From Eledone cirrhosa (Eukaryota), in contig OZ024742.1 in the NCBI GenBank assembly GCA_964016885.1, positions 157,170,001 through 157,234,000 of the forward strand: a stretch of DNA of 64,000 nt, written 5' to 3'. Both the position numbers and the translations under genes were made by a program. The stretch's first letter is position 1. The number at the start of each line of letters is the position of its first letter. Positions 54,401 to 64,000 of the stretch are shown here, piece by piece. Under the pieces are notes generated by a model that saw only the letters and a program-made list of their open reading frames with translations, searched no databases and was not told the DNA's origin.

Positions 54401-57222
54401 ATATGATATGCATGACCCAATGCGGTTTGTCCAAATCCACATTGGCACATTCGGGAAATCCAGACGGAACCTGTCAGACTGTGCAAACCGTCTCCCCTAT
54501 CCGCTAATCCCACACAGTCCCAGCATGCATCTAAGATCCCGTTCCAGTCGCCCACTAACACTAAAGAGTGGGAGGTTCCAAGAATGGTCTCCAGACTCCG
54601 GAAGAAATCAGGCCGCTCTGCTCTTGTTGGGGCATAGACGGCCAGTAGCATGAAGGCTTTCCCGTCTCCGCTGGTCACGTCCAGCACCACCAACTTACCT
54701 TCTGGGTCCAGGAAATGGCCCGTATGGCGAGATCCAAACCTCTCCGAAAAAGCACAGCAACTCCCCTGATGCAGGACGACTGGGAGATGCGTACACATCG
54801 TAGCCGCCGAAGATCGGTGCGAAGGCCCGCTCTTCGGAGATTTTGGTCTCGCTGATGGCCACCACATCTATGTTTAGTGACCTGAGTTCGTTGAGCAGAT
54901 GGCCCTGCTTCCATGACGACCCAAGGTCACGCGCATTTATGCTGCCTATTCTGAGTGAGGACATGTTGAAAAGGAGTGGAAAAAGATGGGCAAGACCACT
55001 TACCTCACTTCTCGTAGGGGGTGGGTGGTTTTTCCATCCTTTTCACTGCTTGTGGTTTCCCCCGGTAGGATGTCCTTATAAATCCTCCTGGAGAGTGTTT
55101 GTCAGAAGTCTCCTATGTCCTTGGAGAATTTTGTTTTAGTGTCGTGTACGTTTTCTGTGTGATGCGAGTGATTTGTATGTGTGGAGGTGGTGTGAATTTG
55201 TGTGGTGTTGTGTAGTCTTTTTCTGTGATGCTGGTGTTGTGTTGGATGTAGTGTAATAATTATTACACCAATTATAATTGGTTGTTGTTCAAATGTAATT
55301 GTTTCTACTTTTGGCACAATGCAGGCAAATTACTCAGTACATTACTGGTACTTTATTTTATCGACCCTGTAAGGATGAAAGGCAAAGTTATTCTCGGCAC
55401 GATTTGAACTCAGAATGGCAAGGGGCGTAAATTTATGCGTCACAGCATAGTGTCCGGCCCTCTACCGATACTGCCAGACCACTGCCAGTGTTGTTCAAAT
55501 TTAATGCTGCTGTGTATCGTTTTGGTTGTTTTGTTTTGTTTGCGTTTGTTGTGGGTTTGTTTCTCTTTCGCTTTTTGGTGATTTCTGTGGTGTTGCTGAT
55601 GGTGGTGTTGGGGTTAATGGTGGTGATGGTGATGGTGTTTGCGGTGATGAGGCTGGTGATGCTGGTGTGGGTGGTGGCCTAACTGTTTTAACATTTTTGT
55701 TTGTTTGTTTATTTGTTTCCCCCTGCATTTTGTTTTTGGAGGGCGAAGGAAGGTTTTTTTTTTCTTTTTGGGGTTCTTTCTTTTTCATTTTCCTGATACA
55801 GTTTCCTACTCCTCGTCTCACAATCTGTCTCCAGTTGTGATAGGTCGGGGAGGGGAAATCCTCCACAGGTTTTGGTTTTGGTTGTGGCGTGGTGGATTGT
55901 GTAGGCGCTGGTGCTAATTCTTGCGCGGTGGGTGGTGGTGGTTTTGGAATTGCTACTGTTGCTGGGATTGTTGCTGCTACAGTTGCTGCTGTTGTTGCTG
56001 CTACAGTTGTTGCTGCCATTTCTGCTGCTGGTGGTTTTGATGGTTGAGTCACTGTGTTGGGTAGGAGAGCTGGCCTCAACGTTTTAGCCTGAGGGCAGAA
56101 AGCCTTTAGGTGGGTTCCTTCGCCACAAACGACACACCTAGGCCTTCCACCCTCAACGATTACGGTGAGGTGGTTGCCGTCATTGAGGTCTATTCCCTCT
56201 GGAAATTCCTCAATGTTTTTTGCTCCGCTTGGATCAGGAGCTCCATCCCAGATCCGGACCAGTTCTCCTGCTTTTCTTGTGCTACCTCAATTATGTTCGT
56301 GTTGGCCTCGATGCCGACGAGGACGGCAGCCATTATCCAGGGAATTTCGATGGCCGACGGAACATGGCTCACCCTAATCTTCACGAGCCTCTGACCACAA
56401 TAGCTTGGGACGTGTGTGAACTCGTCACTTCTTACTGGGGCCATGGAATACTCTCTGGCTTTCTGTGGGGTTCCAAAGAACACGTCCACGTTACCAAATT
56501 TCTGCCCACGTCTGATGTGGGTTTTTTTCTCTCACACATGTCCAAAAGCTTTTTGTATCTGGGACTTGGATGCCGTTCCACTTGGCGAGATTTTGTGTTT
56601 ATCGTCCGATATGACACGGTTCATAGGCGCCGATGCTCCATTTTATTAGATGGAGAGTGAGGCTGACGCTGTGCCCATCTTTTTTTACCATTCTCTTGGC
56701 TTCAATTAATTCAGCCTGGCTTACCTCGATTGTTCCGCTATTCTTGGCTGCTTTGGCAAATGACACATTTTGTTTTGCGCTGGTGTTGATGTTGTTGTTT
56801 TGCTCTTATTGTTATTTTTAGTTTCAGTTGTGGTGGTCGTGGTGGTGGTCGTGGTGGTGATGGTGGCGGTGGTGGGGGCGGTGGTGGTGGTGTCTATGGT
56901 GTTCGGCGTGGAAAAGTCGATTCTGGGTGAATCCATTTCGATGTCACGAGATAATAATTTGTTGTTGTTGTTTCTGTTGTCGCTGTGGTGGTGGTGGGGG
57001 TGGCGGCTTTAACACCTGCAGTTATTGGTAATGGCGGGAAATGAATGTCTGCATGTGAAAAAATTTAAATTATTGCCACTGCTTATATTTTTAATGTTGG
57101 CAAGCATAGTAATGTCTACAATGGTGGTGTTGGTGGTGGGAGGGGGTGTTGTTTTGTTAGGAAGGATGTCAGCTTTGTGTGGCTGAGTGCCGTTCATGTT
57201 TGTTCAAAGAAAGTTTTGGTTT
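51419..57222 (-). mobile_element. Near-full-length Tx1/L1-type LINE (ORF1 with Zn knuckle; ORF2 APE-RT ~54964-51670), degenerate
   Basis: ORF2: MSSLRIGSINARDL..DVVAISETK, AVYAP, LVGDWN, KSPGLDGLPYE, DQSKAFD, SVRQGCPLS, AYADD. ORF1: C..CGEGTHLKAFC. AATAAA followed by (TTA)n. Confidence 0.92.
55297..55487 (-). mobile_element. SINE nested in the LINE, with TSD
   Basis: TSD tgttgttcaaat(g/t)taat at 55283-55299 and 55489-55505. Confidence 0.9.
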
Positions 57223-57410
57223 CATCATTATAAAAGTTTAAATTTTGGGCTCAAGGCCCCATTATTATTTACTGTCCTTTTCAGAAAGCAATATATGTGA
57301 ACTTATAAACACTTAACAGCAACACTTTTCCATAACTGGTAATTTGAAACAACTGAAAATAACAAACTTTTGCGGAGCTCACGATAATACGATTTCCTAC
57401 GTAGGTCGCC

Positions 57411-57464
<54 letters not shown>

Positions 57465-57479
57465 TATTATAATAATAAT

Positions 57480-59160
57480 GATTTCTTTATTGGCCACAAG
57501 GGCTAACGTCAAGAAAAACATTACAGATGGCACAGGACGGTATAGGACGGTACGATGTGGGTTCTGAGCGTGTAAAATGTTTTTATTATTTTTATAAGAA
57601 AAGAAAAAAAGGACATAGAAACATATATATATAAACAATAAAATGAAAATTGAAACAATGAAAAATTCCCCAATAGGGGGGAAAACCTCCGAGGGTTACT
57701 CGTGGCGAAAACCACACAAAAGACCACGGCCACCCTCACCACAGAAGCAAGCGCCCTCTCTCAATGTTTCCATTTCTCAAACTTCAGGCGTATATTCAGA
57801 GCGGTCCCCTTCTTTCCGACCATTCTCGCTACATTCACCCACCTTTCAACAAACTTGCTAGAAGGCAGCACTTGCCTCTCCACCCTAATTTTCCTCTTCA
57901 AATGAAACTTGAAAAAGTTAATTAGGGATTCGCCGAAGGAGAAAGTATCTGTCTTTAAAACTTTCAAGCTTGTCCACCACACAATCTCTTTGGCCATGGC
58001 CACCAGGCACATGAAAACCGCCTACCCTTCCTTCACGAAGGAAGACGGCGTGACCATCTGCACAATGGACTCTGTCGATAACCGGATCAGTCCTACACGA
58101 GACTGCAACTGTTCGACATAGCTCTACTAGTCAGAAATGCTCTGGACACTAAACGAGTGCGTGCACGACGGTTTCGTCGCTCTGCGAGCATCTCGGACAG
58201 GCTCGGCTGACGGCACTTCCGTGTCTGTAGAGCTTATCTCGAACCGGCAACGCTCCCCGGTAGCCAGACCGAGGATTTTTGGACGTTATCCATAGGTCCT
58301 AGGCTGAAAGTTCTCCGCAAGAGAGCAAAGAGCTGAACTTCGACGCCCAGGATCTCTCCGACAACGTCTTCGCTCGTCCCCTCTACTAGTCTTCTATAGA
58401 ACGCCGAGGTGGCTGTTCCACCGATACTGCTGCCCAGCTGGCAGAGGGCAGTGAGCGCGTGGAGACATTCCAGTTTGCAAGCGCTATGCCTTGGTCTTTT
58501 CCTGACCGAGGACTGCAGCTCCGTCAAGGAGACGAGCTGTGGAAAAACGTGCCTGGCCAAGGGTGACAACACTTGTTCACATTCAAGGAAGCACCAGATA
58601 TGTCGCAGCCTTAGCGCATGTTTGCGCATCATCAGCCATGGCATGTCTAGTCCTCCATGCAACGGGAGTTGACAGCAGATGGATCGTCTGACCATGGGAG
58701 CGCCTCCCGCCAACAAAAAGCGGAAGAGGAGGCGCTCCATTTTAGTGAGAGTTGGGCCGGAGCAAGGGACGACGGTGAGGCGGTAGCAGATGACGTATGC
58801 GATGTACGCATTCGCCACCTCCGCCCGGACTTTCAGGTACAGCTTCCTCTCGGCCCATTTCTGTGTGAGGGAGGCCACCTGCTCGTCATCTCGCTCCAGT
58901 TTTTCTCCATCTAGAGGTCCGGTCCGACCCAGACCCCGAGCAATTTAATCCGGCCGTCCAACGCCCCACAACGCTGTCGGACGGCATGGACTTGCCTCTC
59001 CAGTTACCAAGCTGCAAGCCCACCGACTTTTCCTGGTTTATCTTTACTCCTGTCACCGCTCCGTATTCCTTGAGAGCAGTGCCGAGTATCTGGACGTGTT
59101 TTGTTCTCGACACCAGCACGGTGACGTAGTCGGTGCAAGCCGACTCGGATTTTCGGCATC
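57480..59160 (-). mobile_element. 5'-truncated Tx1/L1-type LINE (related subfamily) ending in (TTA)n at 57411-57479
   Basis: TGVKINQEKS, WAERKLYLKVRAEVAN, HGGLDMP, CPRC..ETVVH. Confidence 0.9.
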
Positions 59161-59162
59161 CT

Positions 59163-59350
59163 ATAATAATTGTTTCTACTTTTGGCACAAGGCCATCAAT
59201 TATCCAGTACAGTATTGGTACTTTATGTTATCGACCCCGTAAGGATGAAAGCCAAAGTAAACCTCGGCGGGATTTGAACTCAGACCGCAAAGGGACGTAA
59301 CTCTGCTGGAAAGCATGGCGTCTGACCCTCTACCGATACTGCCAATCCAC
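59163..59350 (-). mobile_element. Full-length SINE
   Basis: Reverse complement of the SINE at 6426; flanked by ataataa on both sides. Confidence 0.9.
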
Positions 59351-59359
59351 AATAATAAT

Positions 59360-61815
59360 AAAGATTAGGCGGTATGAGAACAGAGTCAATCAGCATAGAC
59401 AGAACCGCATGTTTGACAACAACCAGAAGATGTTGTTTGGACAGCTTGAATGGAAAGAAAGAGGCAACGACGTGATCCCTGAGGCGGGACAGACTAAGAC
59501 ATTCTGGAGAGGAATATGGGAGCAGGATGTTGAACTTAATGGTCAGGCAGTGTGGATTGAGACAGTTCAAAAGAAGATTAGTAAACAAGCACACCAACAA
59601 ACTGAATTGAGTATCACAGTTGACACTCTTAAAGGGCAGGCCAAAAACTAAACAACTGGAAATCACCAGGCCCAGAGGATTTGCAAGGGTATTGGATTAA
59701 AAATATAACATCCCTCCACCCGAAACTGACAGACATGTTCAATGACTGCTTGATGTCGGGTGGGGAACCAGAGTGGTTGACAAAAGTACCACAATGTTGG
59801 TAATTAAAGACCGAATCATGGGTAATTATGTTACCCATGTCTGTCCGTAATGTGGAAACTGTTAACAAGCATTGTGTCTGAGGAAATCTACCATCACCTC
59901 CACCAAACAACTTGTTACCGGACGAACAGAAAGGATGACGAAAGAAATCTTGTGGTACAACAGACCAGTTATTTATTGATAAGATGGTAATGAGGAATTG
60001 CAAGAGAAAGCACACTGGTCTTGCATGGGATGGATAGATTACAAAAAGGCATTCGTCATGGTACCTCATTCGTGGATAACCAAACACCTAGAGATCTTCA
60101 AGGTGGCAGATAACATCAGACAGTTGTTGAGCAAAAGTATGAAGTCCTGAAACAGATTTAACATCGGGTGAAGAAACCATGGGAGGTGTGAATATCAAAA
60201 GAGCTATCTTCCAGGGAGAGAGTTTGTCCCCTCTGCTTTTTCTCCTTGCTCTGATACGCCTGAACATTATATTGCGAAAAGTGAGAGTAGGATACAAGTT
60301 GAGAAAAGGAGAGCATACCATCAACCACCTCATTTCATGGACGATCTTTGGGAAGAGTGAGAAGGAGTTGGATGTACTTGTTGACACTGTCCGTATTTTC
60401 AGCAATGATATATGTATTCAATTTGGTATTAGTAAGTGTGGAGTCCTTGTGATGAAGAGGGGTAAATTGAGCAGAAACAATGGAATCCAGGTACCAACAG
60501 GTGAGATGATAAAGGAAATTGACACTGAAGAGGGATACAAATATTTAGGTGTTCTGGAAGCAGATGACATCAAGAAAAAAAATGAAGGAATTGATAAGAT
60601 ATAAGGGGAGTAAGGAGCGTATTAAAATCACATCTAAATAGTAGGAATGTCATAACTGCAGTAAATTCCCGAGCTGTATCTATTATTAGGTACAGTGCGG
60701 GAAATCTGAAATGCAATGTTGCTGAACAAAAATAACTGGATAGGAAGACTAGGAAACTATTAACTATCTACAACATGTTCCACATCGATAGAGTCTACTT
60801 AAATGGATCTGAAGGTGGAAGTGGTCTTATCAGCATAGAGGACTGTGTTCAGATGGAGAAAAATAACCTGTACAAATATGTGACTGACAGTAGGGAGCCA
60901 ATGCTCATAATTGTACTGAAGGAGAGGACAATAGACCAGGGGATGTCCAAGGAGGAAATAACAACAAGGAGGAAGAACAACCTTCATGAACTATCCCTTC
61001 ATAGTACCTTCTTTAGGAAAACTTGATTTAGAGATCCACAGACATGGAACTGGTTAAAAAGCAGACCTTAAAAAAGCTACGGAAGAAATGATAATGGCTG
61101 CGGAAGAGTAAACCCTCAGAACGAAGTGTGTGAAACACAGTATTTACAAGGAGGAGGATAGCTGACTGTGTAGGATATGTGGAGTGTGATCGGAGACTGT
61201 GGCTCACTTTGTATCCGAGGGTAAACACCTAGCCCAGACTCACTATAAAGGCTAGATACATGAATTGATGGGCAGGGAGATCCACTGGCACCTATGCAAA
61301 GTAAACAATTTACCACATTCTGAGAAGTCGTATGATCATAAGCCAGAGTCGCTGATAGAAAACGATCAGGTGAAGGTGTTATGGGATTTTAGGATACAGA
61401 GGGACAAGAAATTAGAACACAGATACCTGACCTGCTGCTTTTGGACAAGGAAAACAGATCGTGCCTGATTGTAGATGTAGCCTGCCCATTTGACATGAGA
61501 ATGCAAGAAAAGGAGAGAGAGAAAATTAACCGACACCAGGACTTAAAATGGGAGTTAAAAATTATTTGGAACTGCCTTGAAGTAAAGGTCATACCGATTG
61601 TCATAGCCGCACTAGGTACTATCTCAAAGAGTTTCCAGGGATGGTTAAAGAAGATTATTCCAGCCCTGCTTTTTGGAACACTTCAAAACACATACTTGCT
61701 GGGAACAGCAAGAACCCTCCGATGCGTCCTGAATATCTGAAGCTGCAGGTAGCGGCTTGATATTCATTTCGACAAACTTTCCAGTTAAATAACATCAATG
61801 ACTGAGACTAAAAAA
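59360..61815 (+). mobile_element. 5'-truncated Dong/R4-clade LINE (RT + restriction-like endonuclease), degenerate
   Basis: NWKSPGPE, QKG..DQLFIDK, IDYKKAF, IFQGESLSPLLF, YKYLGVLE, WDFRIQ..PDL..LIVDVACPFD..EK, VIPIVIAALG. A-rich tail and (AAT)n flanks. Confidence 0.9.
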
Positions 61816-61885
61816 AAATAAATAAAGAAAAAAGAAAAAAGAAAAAAAAAAGAAAAAAATATTTTTAAAAGAATAATAATAATAA

Positions 61886-64000
61886 GGCTTTCTTTATTAA
61901 TCACAAGGGTTTACATAAAGTAGACATTAAGAACAGTACAGGACAAAACAGGACGGTACAAATGGGCATTTCTGCGTGTAAAAAAAAAACAGGATGTAAT
62001 AAAAAAAATTACAATGAAAAATTCCCCAAAAGGGGTGAGTCTTCCGAGGGACATTTGTGGAGAAAGCCCATTAAAAGGCCACAGTGACCCTGACCACCAG
62101 GGCAAGTGCCCTCTCCCAGTTTTCCACCTTTAATTTAGAGACACATACTCAGAGTAGGCCCATTCACTCGGGCCATACTTGCTTCTATCACCCATCTTTC
62201 AACAAAATGCTGGGAAGAGAGTACTTCCCTCTCTACCCTGATTTTTCCTTTTCAAATGAAATTTGAAAAAGTTAATCAGGGCATAAGCGAAGGTAAGTGC
62301 TCGTCTTCAGCCCTTTCAAACGTGTCCACCATACTATCACTTTCACCATGGCCACCAGACAGGTAAAAACTGCCTGCCCTTCCCGGCTAAAGGAAGAAGG
62401 CGGGGCAATCCTCACGGTGGACTCAGCTGATAGCTGGATCCGTCCTACACGTGACAGGAGGTGTTCGACATAAACCCACAAGTCAGCAATGCTCGGACAC
62501 TGGACGAATGCGTGCAGGACGGTTTCGTCGCCGTGCGCGCATCTCGGACATGCCGCGATGCCTGTAGAGTTTATCCCGAACTGACAAAGCTCCTCGGTAG
62601 CACTGCCAGGCCAGGGATTTCTAGAAGTTGTCCATAGGCCCCGGCCCGAAAGTCCTTCCAAAGAGATTGGCTAGTTGATTTTCGTCGACGCCTAGAGTTT
62701 CTCCAAGTAGGTCGTCGCTCTTCCCATCCACTAATCCTCTATAGAACGCCAAGGTGGAGTTTCCACCGACCACATTGCCCGATTGGTCGAGGGCTGTGAG
62801 CGCCTGAAGACATTCCAGTCTCCAAGCGCTCCCACTCAGTCTTCGCTTGACCCAGGACTGCAGCTCCGTCAAGGAGACGAGCTGGGTAGAGACCTGTCTA
62901 GCAAACGGCGACCACACCTGATCACCGTCGAGGAAGAGGTGGAGATGTCGTAGACATCATCAGCCACGGCATGCCCAGCCCTCCACGTAGCGGGTGCTGA
63001 CAACAGATGGACCGCCTGACCATCGGAGCACGTCGTTTCCACAAAAAGCGAAAGGGCAAACGCTCAAGCGAAGTCAGGTGGGGCTTAGGACATGGTACGA
63101 CGGTCAGGCGGTAGTAGATGACGTACGCGATGTACACGTTAGCCACTTCCGCTCGACCTTTCAGGGATAGCTTCCTCTCCGCCCATTTCTGAGTGAGAGA
63201 AGCCACCCTGCTCGTCACCTCGTCCCAGTTTTTGTCCGTCTGGAGGTCCGGACCGAACCAGACCCCTAGTAATTTAACCGGTGCGTCCGTCCAGCGCCCG
63301 ACGATGCTGTTGGACGGCATGGACCTGCCTCTCCAGGTGCCGAGCTGCAGGCACACTGACTTTTTCTGATTGATGATTGCTCCTGTCACCGCTTCGTATT
63401 CTCTTAGTGTAGTGCCAGTCGCCTCGATATGTTTGGCGTTCGACACCACTACGGTAACATCGTCCGCATATGCTGACACGGACCTTCCGATTCCTAGTTC
63501 GCGCAGCACCCCCCTCAACGTCTCCAGTTTGTGCAGTAATGGCTCGACGGTCAATACGTACAAGAGGGACGAGAGGGAACATCCTTGGCAGACCGAGCGC
63601 ATGATGTTGAACGGTTCCGCAAGGTGACCGTTCACTCTCACCACAGAGCAGTGTCGCGTTGCAGGGCAGCGATCCAGCCTCTGAAGACGAGCCCAAAGCC
63701 AACCGCCCTCAGGACTGCCGCTAGGTAACGATGGTCGACCCTATCGAAAGCTTTCGACTGATGTAAATTGATCAAGGACCCACCCGTGCCAGCTTCTCTA
63801 GCTACGCTCTCTACGATGTATCGCATAAGGTGGAGGTTGTCGTGGATAGATATGTCGGGAATGGCGCATGTCTGCACCTCTCCCACCAGACCACCAACGA
63901 CAAGCGCCAACCTCTTTGCTAGCACCTTGGCCAAAATATTGAACTCTGTGTTTTACAGAGTTATCCCCCTTGTTCGGATCCTTTATCATCAGCGCCACCG
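61886..64000 (-). mobile_element. Tx1/L1-type LINE 3' part (continues beyond the window)
   Basis: QSKAFDRVDH, SVCQGCSLS, SAYADDV, CPRCAHGDETVLHAFVQC. 3' UTR matches 51419-51700. Confidence 0.92.

Noticed and set aside
55501-56079. Pro/Thr/Ala-rich 192-aa ORF resembling a mucin or surface protein
   Set aside because: Low-complexity C-terminal part of the LINE ORF1, directly after the zinc knuckle.
51461-63627. ORFs antisense to the LINE coding regions
   Set aside because: Shadow frames of GC-richer retroelement sequence with no recognisable motifs.

Overview
Very AT-rich, microsatellite-saturated animal genomic DNA with no intact host gene. The tRNA-derived SINE and the repeat landscape suggest a cephalopod/octopus genome (inference). 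Identifiable content: at least six degenerate Penelope-like retroelements (PLEs; RT + GIY-YIG) of two types, three Tx1/L1-type LINEs and one Dong/R4 LINE, SINEs, a non-autonomous Helitron, a mariner remnant and faint EGF/FN3-like exon relics. The main signal is about 14 distinct sequence families carrying type I hammerhead ribozyme (HHR) motifs, some with non-canonical cores. Nearly all sit in (TA)n arrays, either as asymmetric fold-back inserts (one arm carries an extra 3' tail) or as slightly-more-than-monomer units with terminal direct repeats. One non-coding ~680-700 nt HHR family occurs in different circular permutations, which suggests a retrozyme/circular-RNA system mobilised by PLEs. 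(AAT)n arrays are instead occupied by Tx1 and Dong LINEs. All folds and alignments were read by eye, and element boundaries are approximate.
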